The notes under the pieces were generated by a model that did not search any database, was not told where the DNA came from, and was given only the letters and a program-made list of their open reading frames with translations. The position numbers and the translations under genes are program-made. DNA of 64,000 nucleotides, from NCBI GenBank assembly GCA_964557535.1, contig CAZLAD010000003.1, positions 89,671 through 153,670 of the forward strand, read 5' to 3'. Shown piece after piece: positions 29,640 to 40,037 of this stretch (the stretch's first letter is position 1; each line of letters opens with the position of its first letter). This stretch comes from an uncultured Candidatus Saccharibacteria bacterium (GTDB taxonomy: Bacteria > Patescibacteriota > Minisyncoccia > Phycocordibacterales > CSBR16-119).

Positions 29640-32600
29640 ATGGAAAAAGATGTAGAAGCTCCGAAAAAGTCTGACGCCGCTTTGAAAGAAGAGGCGGTTC
29701 TTAAATTCTGGACGGAAAATAAAATTTTTGAGAAAACTTTGGAAAAGGAGGCTCCCATGGGCGAATTCGTTTTCTTCGAAGGTCCGCCGACAGCGAACGC
29801 GAAGCCCGCACTTCACCACCTCGAAGCTCGTGCATTCAAAGACGTTATTCCTCGTTACAAAACGATGCAGGGATATCGTGTACCGCGTCGCGGAGGATGG
29901 GATACGCACGGGCTACCAGTAGAACTTCAAATCGAGAAAAAGCTCGGACTTAACTCCAAAAAAGCTATCGAAGAATACGGCATCGAGAAATTTAACGCCG
30001 AGTGTAAGCAAAGTGTTTTTGAATATATCAAAGATTGGGAAGATTTTACTGACCGAATTGGTTATTGGGTAGACAAGAAAAATGCCTACTTCACTTTCAA
30101 CAATTCCTATATCGAATCGCTTTGGAATGTTCTCGCCGAAGTTGAGAAAAAAGATTTGCTCTACAAAGATTATCGAATCGTGCCATGGTGTTCACGTTGC
30201 GGAACACCACTCGCGTCGCACGAACTTGCGCAAGGTTATGAAGACGTAAAAGATCTTTCGATTTTTGTGAAGTTCCCGATCAAAGGATTCGACAAGGCTT
30301 ATTTTGTGGCTTGGACGACAACGCCGTGGACATTGCCAGGCAATGTCGCGCTCGCTGTTGGCAAAGACATCATTTATGTCGAGGCAAAAGTTGGCGAAGA
30401 AATTCTCGTCGTTGCCAAAGAACGTCTTTCCGTCATCACTGCACCCTATGAAATAGTCGCTGAACACAAAGGATCGGAAATGGTCGGTATGGAATACGCA
30501 CCTTTGTATGATTTCATCAAACCAAACGACAAATCTCACAAAGTTTATGCGGCGGATTTTGTCACAACCGAAGACGGAACGGGAATCGTTCACATCGCGC
30601 CGATGTATGGCCAAGATGACTTTGAGCTTGGTACGAAGGCCGGACTTCCAAAAGAGCATGTCGTCGGACTCGACGGTAAATTTTTGCTAGACACAGGATT
30701 TTTCTCTGGCCGATTTGCGATGGAAAAAGACGAAACAGGCAAACCAACGCTTGCCATCGACGTAATTCGCGATCTGCAGGAACGTGGACTTTTCTTCGAT
30801 AAGAAAAATTACGAACACACATATCCGCACTGCTGGCGCTGTAAAACTCCGCTCATCTACTACGCGCGCGATTCTTGGTACATCAAGATGGAATCTTTGC
30901 GCGATGAGTTGGTACGAGAAAACGAGAAAATAAATTGGGAGCCGGATCACATCAAAGAGGGCCGATTTGGCGAATGGCTAAAAAATATTCGCGATTGGGC
31001 GATCTCGCGCGAGCGATATTGGGGCACGCCACTTCCGATTTGGATGGCGGAGGATGGCGAGAGAATCGTGGTTGATTCGATTGAAACACTCAAAAAATAT
31101 ACGAAAAAATCCGGAAATAAATATTTTGTGATAAGACACGGTCAAGGAGAGCAAAATGTCATTGATGTCAGGTCTTCAAATCCAGACGCACCATATCATC
31201 TAACGGAGAAAGGGAGAGAAGAAGTTCATGCTTCAGCTCTTGAATTAAAAGGAAAAGGAATTACGAAAATTATTTGTTCACCATTTATTCGCACTAAGGA
31301 AACTGCAGAAATTATTGCAGAAGTTTTGGGATTTGCTAAAGAAAATATTGTTATTGAATCTCGAATTCGCGAATATGAACACGGGATTTTTGACGGAAAG
31401 ACCAGTAAAGAGTTTAACGATTGGCGCAACAGTGTAAATGCCAGTTTTGATACGGAAGTTCCTGGCGGAGAAAGTTTGAAGGAAGCAAAGATTCGCTTTG
31501 CTGGTTTCTTCTATGATTTGGAAAAGAACTACGCGAACGAAAATATTCTTATTGTTTCTCATGGGGTTTGTCACGAAGTAATGTCGTCGATTGTTGAAGG
31601 TTGGAGTGATAAAGAAACTTGGGACAATTGGAAGGAAAAAATTGTTTGGACGGGTGGCTGGAAACAATACGATTTTATCCCTCTTCCACACAATCAAAAT
31701 TTCGAACTCGATTTGCACCGCCCATTTATCGATGACGTTGTTTTGGAGCGTGATGGCAAAACTTTCCGACGTGTCAAAGAAGTCATGGACGTATGGTTTG
31801 ATTCTGGCGCCATGCCATTTGCCCAGGTTCACTATCCATTCGAAGGACAGAAGGGAGGCTTGTTTAAGAAAGATAAATTGCCATTCCCGGCTGACTTTAT
31901 CTCCGAAGCTGTCGATCAAACTCGCGGATGGTTCTATACGCTTCATGCCGTGGGTGTCCTCATGGGTCGCGGGCGGGCGTACAAAAACTGCATCTGTCTT
32001 GGGCACATTCTCGATGCACAGGGTAAGAAAATGTCTAAGTCTATCGGCAATATCGTGAATCCTTGGGAAATGATGGACAAATATGGCGTCGATACTTTGC
32101 GTCTCTGGATGTATTCGGTGAATCAGCCGGGTGATTCTAAAAACTTTGATGAGAAAACTGTCGCCGAACTTCGAAACAAAGTTTTTAATTTGTTCTACAA
32201 CGTTCTCGCATTTTACGAACTTTATCGCGATGAAAGTTTAGAAACCCACTTGGGGGTCCAACCCCCAAGTGGTAACGTTCTCGATATTTGGATCTTGGCG
32301 CGATTTAACGAACTTGCAAATTCTATGACTGAAAGTTTGGATAATTACAAACTCTTGGAGCCAGTTCGCGCACTCCGAGATTTTATCGATGACCTCTCGA
32401 CTTGGTATTTGCGACGCTCACGCGATCGACTCAAGGACGGTGATGCGGAGGCAAAGCAGACTTTGTATTACGTTCTCAAAAATACGGCCAAGCTCATGGC
32501 CCCGTTCGCGCCATTCGCGGCCGAAGACATTTGGCAGAAATTGAAAACGGCGGACGACGTCGAAAGTATTCACTTGGCAGATTGGCCGAAAGCAGGGAAA

Positions 32601-33029
32601 GTTGATGAAAAGGTTTTGAATGAAATGGAAACGGTACGTAATCTTTGTACGAGCGGAAATATGATTCGCAAGGAAATTGCAATTCCGATCAAACAACCGC
32701 TTGCGACATTTTTCGTGCCAAATGTTTTGGATAGCTATGTCGACATCATCAAAGAAGAATTGAACGTCAAAGAAGTAAAACAGGGAAGTGAAATAGCTTT
32801 CGACAAAACTATTACTCCAGAACTAAAACGCGAAGGAGATTTCCGAGAATTCTTGCGAAGCGTTCAGGGCTTGCGTAAAGACTCTAATCTTTTGCCGAAC
32901 GAACTCGTGACACTCGTCGTACCAGCATCAAACAAAGAATTGATTGTCGGATTCGAAGAAGAACTTAAAAAGACGGCCGGATTGAAAGAAATTAAATTTG
33001 AAGGAGAAGAAATTAAAATAGAAAAATAA
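29640..33029 (+). CDS. ileS: Isoleucyl-tRNA synthetase with an in-frame ~190-aa histidine-phosphatase (PGAM-like) domain inserted (~31105-31690) between the WAISRERYWGTPLPIW segment and the DVWFDSG/KMSKS region
   Basis: IleRS motifs PPTANAKPALHH (degenerate HIGH), WAISRERYWGTPLPIW, GKKMSKSIGN; insert contains RHGQGEQN, CSPFIRTKETA and IVSHGV. Confidence 0.8.
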   Translation: MEKDVEAPKKSDAALKEEAVLKFWTENKIFEKTLEKEAPMGEFVFFEGPPTANAKPALHHLEARAFKDVIPRYKTMQGYRVPRRGGWDTHGLPVELQIEKKLGLNSKKAIEEYGIEKFNAECKQSVFEYIKDWEDFTDRIGYWVDKKNAYFTFNNSYIESLWNVLAEVEKKDLLYKDYRIVPWCSRCGTPLASHELAQGYEDVKDLSIFVKFPIKGFDKAYFVAWTTTPWTLPGNVALAVGKDIIYVEAKVGEEILVVAKERLSVITAPYEIVAEHKGSEMVGMEYAPLYDFIKPNDKSHKVYAADFVTTEDGTGIVHIAPMYGQDDFELGTKAGLPKEHVVGLDGKFLLDTGFFSGRFAMEKDETGKPTLAIDVIRDLQERGLFFDKKNYEHTYPHCWRCKTPLIYYARDSWYIKMESLRDELVRENEKINWEPDHIKEGRFGEWLKNIRDWAISRERYWGTPLPIWMAEDGERIVVDSIETLKKYTKKSGNKYFVIRHGQGEQNVIDVRSSNPDAPYHLTEKGREEVHASALELKGKGITKIICSPFIRTKETAEIIAEVLGFAKENIVIESRIREYEHGIFDGKTSKEFNDWRNSVNASFDTEVPGGESLKEAKIRFAGFFYDLEKNYANENILIVSHGVCHEVMSSIVEGWSDKETWDNWKEKIVWTGGWKQYDFIPLPHNQNFELDLHRPFIDDVVLERDGKTFRRVKEVMDVWFDSGAMPFAQVHYPFEGQKGGLFKKDKLPFPADFISEAVDQTRGWFYTLHAVGVLMGRGRAYKNCICLGHILDAQGKKMSKSIGNIVNPWEMMDKYGVDTLRLWMYSVNQPGDSKNFDEKTVAELRNKVFNLFYNVLAFYELYRDESLETHLGVQPPSGNVLDIWILARFNELANSMTESLDNYKLLEPVRALRDFIDDLSTWYLRRSRDRLKDGDAEAKQTLYYVLKNTAKLMAPFAPFAAEDIWQKLKTADDVESIHLADWPKAGKVDEKVLNEMETVRNLCTSGNMIRKEIAIPIKQPLATFFVPNVLDSYVDIIKEELNVKEVKQGSEIAFDKTITPELKREGDFREFLRSVQGLRKDSNLLPNELVTLVVPASNKELIVGFEEELKKTAGLKEIKFEGEEIKIEK

Positions 33030-33034
33030 AACAC

Positions 33035-33065
33035 CAAAGGGGCCGTGAGGCCCCCTTTGCGATGC
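33035..33065. terminator. Bidirectional terminator (aaaggggcc gtga ggccccctttg)
   Basis: Perfect hairpin between convergent genes. Confidence 0.6.
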
Positions 33066-33077
33066 ATGATGTGCGAG

Positions 33078-33503
33078 CTACTCCTTGCTAGCGATGAGCC
33101 AGATGGCCACACAGGCCATTAAGTAGCCAAGACCCATCCTCCAACTTATTTGCTCGTGGAAGAAAAGTCTAGAGAGTATTCCGTTTAGGCAAATTGTCAG
33201 TATTGAAACGAGAGGTATCGACACGGACAATCCCTGGGCGGTTTCAATGGCGTAAAGTTTACCAAAGAAGAGAGTCCCTATTCCGGCGGTAATTCCGGCC
33301 AAGACCAGAAACAGGAGCTCTTTGCCCGCAGGCACTGGACCGTACGGGCTCTTCGCTTGGAACGTCAAGACGATGATGATGGTTGAAACAGTCGTTACAG
33401 CCCTCATCCAATTGGTAGAAGCGCCGCTGTGTCGGCCAAACACCGGGTAAAGTGCGAAGCAGGTGGCGGTCACCAGTAGTACTAGGAAGGTGGCGAATCT
33501 CAT
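33078..33503 (-). CDS. EamA/SMR-like 4-TM small membrane transporter; moderately GC-rich
   Basis: Four hydrophobic helices. Confidence 0.45.
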   Translation of the reverse strand: MRFATFLVLLVTATCFALYPVFGRHSGASTNWMRAVTTVSTIIIVLTFQAKSPYGPVPAGKELLFLVLAGITAGIGTLFFGKLYAIETAQGLSVSIPLVSILTICLNGILSRLFFHEQISWRMGLGYLMACVAIWLIASKE

Positions 33504-33588
33504 GGGGGTCGTTTGTTCGAAACTCTATATGAATGAGAGATTCGTGTCAATTCATTACGAAAGCCGAAAATAAAGTATAATTAGGGAC

Positions 33589-34173
33589 ATGTCCCACACC
33601 ATCTACAACACCGAAGCGTTTGTAGTCTCGAGCCGAAATTCGGGGGAGGCGGATCGGACGTTCAAATTGTTTACCAAAGACTTTGGCGTTATTTCAGCCA
33701 AAGCCACCGGCATCAGAAAAGTTTCTTCGCGTTTGCGATTCTTCGTCCAGGACTTCAAATACATCGACGCGAGTATTGTGAAAGGTAAAAATTATTGGCG
33801 ACTTGTTTCGGCTAGACCGATTCACGAACTCAATTCCAGGAAATCTCTAACAACTTCGTCACGCATCCGAAGTTTGCAGTTGGTAGGGAAGCTCGCACCT
33901 GAGGGCGAGCCACTCACGGAACTTTTCGACGAACTTGTGTCCGCGTACACGTTTACTTCGACCAATCATCCGAAAAAGGAAGACTTGGAAAGTATCGAAG
34001 CCTTGATTGCGCTTAAAATTTTGCACAGTCTCGGATATTGGGGCGACAGACAGAGAGAAAATGATTTGGTTAAAAGTCCGTTCAATGAAAACGTTGTTGC
34101 CCAAGTAAAACTTTCCAAAAAAACAATCATCAAGGAACTGAACAATTCGCTTCGCGCTACCCAGCTTCTCTAG
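33589..34173 (+). CDS. recO: DNA repair protein RecO
   Basis: N-terminal OB-fold pattern EAFVVSSRNSGEADRTFKLFTKDFGVISAKATG. Confidence 0.6.
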   Translation: MSHTIYNTEAFVVSSRNSGEADRTFKLFTKDFGVISAKATGIRKVSSRLRFFVQDFKYIDASIVKGKNYWRLVSARPIHELNSRKSLTTSSRIRSLQLVGKLAPEGEPLTELFDELVSAYTFTSTNHPKKEDLESIEALIALKILHSLGYWGDRQRENDLVKSPFNENVVAQVKLSKKTIIKELNNSLRATQLL

Positions 34174-34227
34174 TCTTTTCTCGATTTACGACTTACAACT
34201 TACGACTTCCTGCGTTATAATTAGACC

Positions 34228-36132
34228 ATGCCTCCAAAGAAGAAAAGCCACATCGAGCGACTGAAAGATAAGCTCTACAGTCCAAAAACCAAAGACATAA
34301 ATTTAAAACCTCGTGGAATTATTTACGAAACCACGCACGAGGTTGCAGAAACTTGGACCAAGGATCCCGAACCCGCGCCCCCAAAGAAAAGAAGAAGTCT
34401 CTTGGAAAATACAATGTTTCGCAAATTCTTTTTTATTGCGATTGCTTTTTTCGTTTTGTCACTTGGGTTCGGAGCGTTCATGTTTTTTGGTGGAGGCAAC
34501 ACCGTGTCGGCGGACAATATCGAGATCAATGTTTTGGGTAACGCTTTCGTGTCTGGCGGAGAAGAATTGCCTTTAAAAATTCAGTTTTTCAACAGAAATA
34601 ACGTTGCGCTCGAATACAGTGATCTTTTGATCGAATACCAAAAAGGTTCTGGTGGAGGCGAATCGATCCAAAGTGATCGTTATGCCGTGGGCATAATCCC
34701 GGCTGGTGGAATGGTCGAGAAATTAGTTAGCCTGACTTTGTTTGGGCAACAGGGTACGACACGAGATGTAAATATTACTCTCGAATATCGAGTTAGGGGC
34801 TCTAGTGCGATTTTCGTTAAACAAAAGCCCTACGTTGTAAATATTTCTTCGAATCCGATTACTTTGGTCGTTGATGGTCCAACCGTAACAAATTCAAATC
34901 AAAATCTAAGCTTTGATATAACCGCGAGTTTAAATACCGAAAAACCGGTCCAAGATTTGATGGTCACAGTTAACTATCCTCCAGGATTTGATTTTAAAGA
35001 CGCAACTCCTGAACCAACTTTTTCTGACCATATTTGGTCTCTTGGGGATTTGGCCAAAGGCGCAACAAAAAAGATTACGATTAACGGAGTTTTGGTTGCT
35101 GATGCTGGCGAGCAGAGAGCTTTCAATATTTTTACGGGCACAAAAGACGAGAAAAACGAACAACGCATTGGTACTCAATTTAATTCCCAAAACTATCTTT
35201 TGTCGATTGCCAAACCTTTTCTTGATTTGGATCTTTTGGTTAATGGTAATCCTGCCGCAGAAGTTCCGGGATTGTCCGGTCAATTCGCAACAGCTGAGAT
35301 TAGTTTTAGAAATAGTTTAGATTCACGCATAACAGATAGTGAAATTACTGCCAAGTTTTCTGGCAACGCTTTTGATCCAAACGGTGTCGAAGTTTTGAGT
35401 GGGGGATTTTATGACGCGGTTACGCAATCCATCGTCTGGAACAGTCAGATTGTTGATGGACTAAAAATTGTCGATCCTGGACAAAGTGGTCGTCTGCGTT
35501 TCAAGTTCAAACCACTTTCAACGACAAGCGCAAATCTAAAAAATCCCGAAATAAATATCAGCATCGGTGTTCGTGGCCGACAGACATCTTTGGGAAATTC
35601 TTTCCAAACAATAAATGATTACGTCAAGAAAAAAGTAAAATACTCTAGTTCTGTTGGAATCACTGGGCACGCTTTGTACACTCTTGGGGCGTTTGTTAAT
35701 TCCGGACCATTGCCACCTATTCCCGGAACTCCGACGACTTACACGATAGTTTGGAATATTGCCAACACCGCCAATCGTGTCACCGATGCCAAGGTTCGGG
35801 GTACGTTACCTTTTTATGTTGATTGGGTGGATAAATGGAATCCCGAGAATCAAAACGTTACTTATGATTCGGCTAGTAGACAAGTCGTCTGGAATATTGG
35901 CTCTATTGAACCTGGATCGGGCACGGATTCTTTCCCGACGAGTCTTTCGTTCCAAGTGAGGTTAAACCCAGCAAGTTCGCAGTCTGGATCGGTTGTGAAT
36001 TTGGTGACGAATATTTTCTTGACGGCCAAAGATTCGTTTACGGGGGTTGATATTACAAAAAACATGCAACCCATAAACACTAGACTCAATTTGGATAGTA
36101 ACTATAATATAGAGAATGACAAGGTCCAATAA
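34228..36132 (+). CDS. Single-TM anchored large extracytoplasmic protein of unknown function
   Basis: Basic cytoplasmic N-terminus, one TM, then a beta-rich ectodomain. Confidence 0.45.
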   Translation: MPPKKKSHIERLKDKLYSPKTKDINLKPRGIIYETTHEVAETWTKDPEPAPPKKRRSLLENTMFRKFFFIAIAFFVLSLGFGAFMFFGGGNTVSADNIEINVLGNAFVSGGEELPLKIQFFNRNNVALEYSDLLIEYQKGSGGGESIQSDRYAVGIIPAGGMVEKLVSLTLFGQQGTTRDVNITLEYRVRGSSAIFVKQKPYVVNISSNPITLVVDGPTVTNSNQNLSFDITASLNTEKPVQDLMVTVNYPPGFDFKDATPEPTFSDHIWSLGDLAKGATKKITINGVLVADAGEQRAFNIFTGTKDEKNEQRIGTQFNSQNYLLSIAKPFLDLDLLVNGNPAAEVPGLSGQFATAEISFRNSLDSRITDSEITAKFSGNAFDPNGVEVLSGGFYDAVTQSIVWNSQIVDGLKIVDPGQSGRLRFKFKPLSTTSANLKNPEINISIGVRGRQTSLGNSFQTINDYVKKKVKYSSSVGITGHALYTLGAFVNSGPLPPIPGTPTTYTIVWNIANTANRVTDAKVRGTLPFYVDWVDKWNPENQNVTYDSASRQVVWNIGSIEPGSGTDSFPTSLSFQVRLNPASSQSGSVVNLVTNIFLTAKDSFTGVDITKNMQPINTRLNLDSNYNIENDKVQ

Positions 36133-36145
36133 GGAAGATAGTCTA

Positions 36146-37441
36146 ATGCAGAAAATCACGTCTCTTTGCAAGAGGCGCGGTTTTGTCTATCCGGGTTCCG
36201 AGATCTATGGGGGGCTCGCAGGAACATACGATTACGGTCCCTTGGGAGCGCTTCTGCGCGACAATGTCGTCGAGTCTTGGAAGAAAAAATTTGTGCACAG
36301 TCGTCGCGACATGCATATGGTCAATGCGGCGATTCTCATGAATCAAAAAGTTTGGCAAGCGACGGGACACGTCGATCATTTCTCTGATCCGTTGGTTGAA
36401 TGTAAAAAGTGTAATAAGCGTTTTCGAGCGGATCAACTGGAAACCGAAAACTGTCCTGCTTGTGGTGGGGAATTTGGTGAAGTACGTCAATTCAATATGA
36501 TGCTCTCTACTCAAGTCGGTGCAGCTGAGGATTCCTCGGCTACCTCATATCTACGTCCAGAAACGGCACAGGGAATTTTTGTGAACTTCAAGAACGTAAT
36601 GGACTCAATGCAACCAAAACTTCCTTTCGGTATTGCTCAAGTCGGAAAAGCTTTTCGAAATGAGATTACGCCACGTGATTTTATCTTTCGCTTGCGCGAA
36701 ATGGAACAAATGGAAATCGAATATTTTGTCCGACCAGAGGAATGGTCAAAACATTTTGAATACTGGCGCGATGAAATGCTCGAATGGATGGAATCAGTTG
36801 GCTTGGATATGAACAAGGTTCACGATATCGAAATTCCTGATGGCGATCGTGCTCACTACTCGTCACGAACTATCGATTTTGAATTTGAATATCCTTTTGG
36901 TCAAAAAGAGCTCTACGGTCTCGCATACCGCGGAGATTATGATTTGTCTCGACACACAGAGAGTTCTGGTGAAAAACTAGAATATCGTTTCCAAGGGGAA
37001 GAGGGTGTCGAAGTTTTGACTCCGCATGTTATCGAACCATCTTTTGGGCTTGATCGTACTGTCCTGGCGCTTCTGGTCTCGGCTTATAGGGAAGTTGGTG
37101 ACGGTGAAGATGTACGAACTTACCTGGCCCTTAATCCAAAAATTGCACCTTATAAAGTCTGCGTCTCGCCCCTTCTAAAAAATAAACCAGAACTAGTGAC
37201 TAAAGCAGAAAGCGTTTTTGTTGATCTCAAAGAAGCTTTTGGAAACGTCGTTTGGGATGACAATGGAAATATCGGCAAACGTTATAAAAAACAAGATGAA
37301 ATCGGTACACCTTTTTGTGTCGTTGTCGATTTTGAATCTCTCGAAGACGAGTCGGTAACAGTCCGTTTTCGGGACACGGCTAAACAAGAAAGGGTAAAAA
37401 TATCCGAGCTCGAGAACTATTTCAACGATAAACTCAAATAG
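36146..37441 (+). CDS. glyQS: Glycyl-tRNA synthetase (dimeric eukaryote/archaea-type GlyQS); start placed at MQKITS
   Basis: GFVYPGSEIYGGLAGTYDYGPLG. Confidence 0.85.
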   Translation: MQKITSLCKRRGFVYPGSEIYGGLAGTYDYGPLGALLRDNVVESWKKKFVHSRRDMHMVNAAILMNQKVWQATGHVDHFSDPLVECKKCNKRFRADQLETENCPACGGEFGEVRQFNMMLSTQVGAAEDSSATSYLRPETAQGIFVNFKNVMDSMQPKLPFGIAQVGKAFRNEITPRDFIFRLREMEQMEIEYFVRPEEWSKHFEYWRDEMLEWMESVGLDMNKVHDIEIPDGDRAHYSSRTIDFEFEYPFGQKELYGLAYRGDYDLSRHTESSGEKLEYRFQGEEGVEVLTPHVIEPSFGLDRTVLALLVSAYREVGDGEDVRTYLALNPKIAPYKVCVSPLLKNKPELVTKAESVFVDLKEAFGNVVWDDNGNIGKRYKKQDEIGTPFCVVVDFESLEDESVTVRFRDTAKQERVKISELENYFNDKLK

Positions 37442-37474
37442 CAAAAGATTCCAAAAGTTGCTATAGTAAATCTA

Positions 37475-38530
37475 ATGTTAAATAAGGGCGAAAAAGTTTA
37501 TAATGTAAATATTAACTCCAAGACCATTAGAAATGTCGCGATTATTGGCTTGGTGGTTTGGCTTTTGTTTACACTTCAAAACCTAGTTTTTGTTGTTTTG
37601 ACTTCGGTTGTTTTGGCTTCATTTATCCGTACTGCTGCCGCAAGCCTAAAACGCAGACTTGGGATAACTAGGACTCTGTCAATCGCGGTGATGTATCTTG
37701 TAACGTTTTTGATTATATCTGGGATTTTATATTTCTTCTTGCCGGTACTGATAAAAGAAATTTTGAATTTAGTGCCAGTAGTTTCAAAATATTTGCCGAA
37801 CGCATCTTCTGTGGGAAGTCTTGGTCTAAATGCCAATCAGTTCTCGAACAGCCTGACACATGGACCAGAATTGTCTGGTTTCGTCGATCAATTTTCCAAT
37901 TTGCTTCAAGTCGCCGCCACAGGTTTCGGAAGTACTTTGTCGGCTTTGTTTGGAAGTCTTTTAAACGTTGTTTTGGTTGTCGTTATATCTTTTTACTTAT
38001 CGGTTTCGCACGATGGTATCGAATCTTTCTTGCGCATTCTTTCTCCGATCGAAAAAGAAGAATATATTATTGGACTTTGGCATAGGTCACAATTAAAAAT
38101 CGCACGTTGGATGCAGGGTCAGCTTTTCCTGGGGCTTGTAATTGGAATACTCACATTTATTGGCCTCACGCTTTTGGGAGTTGAACACGCTATTTTGCTT
38201 GCGGTTATTGCTGGGTTGTTCGAGCTAATTCCTTTTGGAATTTTCTTGGCGGCTATTCCAGCTGTTTCTTTTGGGTTTGCGACCGGCGGTCTGACACTCG
38301 CCGTAATGGTTGTGGCGCTTTATATAGTGATACAGCAAATCGAAGGATATTTTATCGCTCCTCTTGTTATGAATAAAATGACGGGCATTTCTCCGCTCGT
38401 TGTTATTATTTCTGTTCTTATTGGTGTTCAGCTTGCTGGATTTTGGGGACTAATACTTGCGGTGCCGGTGGCGGTGACGATTCTCGAGTACATCAAAGAT
38501 TTCGAGAAGAAAAAAGTCATGAACGCCTAA
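37475..38530 (+). CDS. AI-2E (PerM) family transporter
   Basis: Eight TM helices with the family pattern. Confidence 0.55.
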   Translation: MLNKGEKVYNVNINSKTIRNVAIIGLVVWLLFTLQNLVFVVLTSVVLASFIRTAAASLKRRLGITRTLSIAVMYLVTFLIISGILYFFLPVLIKEILNLVPVVSKYLPNASSVGSLGLNANQFSNSLTHGPELSGFVDQFSNLLQVAATGFGSTLSALFGSLLNVVLVVVISFYLSVSHDGIESFLRILSPIEKEEYIIGLWHRSQLKIARWMQGQLFLGLVIGILTFIGLTLLGVEHAILLAVIAGLFELIPFGIFLAAIPAVSFGFATGGLTLAVMVVALYIVIQQIEGYFIAPLVMNKMTGISPLVVIISVLIGVQLAGFWGLILAVPVAVTILEYIKDFEKKKVMNA

Positions 38531-38537
38531 TTTCTGT

Positions 38538-40025
38538 ATGAAAAAACCTGTTTACATCACGACAACTTTGCCTTACGTTAATTCTGATCCACATGTTGGA
38601 TTTGCTATGGAAATTATTCGAGCCGATGCATTGGCTCGCTACTACAAACTTTCCGGACACGAAGTATTTTTTAACACTGGTACCGACGAACATGGTCAAA
38701 AACTTTTGACTGATGCCACCAGGGCTGGAAAAGATGTAAAAGAATACGTTGATCATTATGCTGAGAAATTCCGTGGTCTTAAAGATTTGCTTGGCATATC
38801 AGATGACGTGCATTTTATTCGTACAACTGACGAACATCACGTGTTGGCCGCCCAAGAAATGTGGCGCCGGGTCAAAGAAAACGGTTTTATTTACAAAAAA
38901 AATTACCAGACCAAATATTGTGTGGGGTGCGAGCTAGAAAAAACAGATTCAGAACTCGTGGATGGTAAATGTCCGATTCATCCGAATAAAGAAATTGAAC
39001 TTCGCGACGAAGAGAATTATTTCTTCGCACTTTCAAAGCTTGAGAAAGAGCTTAAAGATTTGTACGACAATAAACCTGAGCTTGTCATCCCAGATTTTCG
39101 ATTTAACGAAATGAAAGCATTTCTAGAACGCGGTCTTCAGGATTTCTCGATCTCGCGTCCAGCAGCCAAAATGTCTTGGGGCGTGCCTGTGCCAGATGAT
39201 GCCGAACACGTCATGTATGTGTGGTTTGACGCGCTTACAAACTATATTTCCACGCTCGGTTGGCCAGAAGATGCGACGGGGGATTACCAGAAGTTCTGGG
39301 AAGAGGGCCTCAAAATTCAATACTGTGGCAAGGACAACGTTCGCCAGCAATCCATGATGTGGCAGGCGATACTTCTCGCGGCAAAACTTCCAAATACGGA
39401 CAACATTGTTATCAACGGCTTTATCAACTCCGGCGGACAGAAAATGTCTAAATCTTTGGGTAATGTTATCAGTCCGTATGACCTCATCAAAGACTACGAA
39501 GCCGTGGCGGGGGATTTGTCATCGGATGTCTTGCGATATTACTTGCTCCGACACGTAAATCCGTTTGAGGATTCGGATATGACACTCGAGACGATCAGGG
39601 AGGCTTATCAAGCAAATTTGGCCAATGGTATCGGAAATCTTGTCTCAAGAATCATGAAGATGGCTACCACTTACGGAGTTGAGAAGCCATATACATGGAC
39701 AGAGACCAATGAACACTATTTTACTTTAAGTGGGGAAATTGAGAGTCATCTCCACGAATACGATATGAGTAGAATCATGGATAAAATTATGTTGTATGCC
39801 ACGTCTATAGATTTCTCCATAGCTGAAACAAAACCGTTCAGTTTGATTAAGACCGATCCAGAAAAAGCTAAAGAGTTGGTTGCGATTCTTTTGGCAAATT
39901 TAAATCAAATGGCAATATGGCTAGAACCTTTCTTGCCAAAAACTTCAATATCTATACAAAAACTAATAAAAGAAAATAAAATGCCAGAAAAACCACTCTT
40001 TAATCGTCTAGAAGCTAAAAGCTAA
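38538..40025 (+). CDS. metG: Methionyl-tRNA synthetase (short form)
   Basis: PYVNSDPHVGFA; GGQKMSKSLGN. Confidence 0.88.
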   Translation: MKKPVYITTTLPYVNSDPHVGFAMEIIRADALARYYKLSGHEVFFNTGTDEHGQKLLTDATRAGKDVKEYVDHYAEKFRGLKDLLGISDDVHFIRTTDEHHVLAAQEMWRRVKENGFIYKKNYQTKYCVGCELEKTDSELVDGKCPIHPNKEIELRDEENYFFALSKLEKELKDLYDNKPELVIPDFRFNEMKAFLERGLQDFSISRPAAKMSWGVPVPDDAEHVMYVWFDALTNYISTLGWPEDATGDYQKFWEEGLKIQYCGKDNVRQQSMMWQAILLAAKLPNTDNIVINGFINSGGQKMSKSLGNVISPYDLIKDYEAVAGDLSSDVLRYYLLRHVNPFEDSDMTLETIREAYQANLANGIGNLVSRIMKMATTYGVEKPYTWTETNEHYFTLSGEIESHLHEYDMSRIMDKIMLYATSIDFSIAETKPFSLIKTDPEKAKELVAILLANLNQMAIWLEPFLPKTSISIQKLIKENKMPEKPLFNRLEAKS

Positions 40026-40037
40026 CAGCTATAAGCT

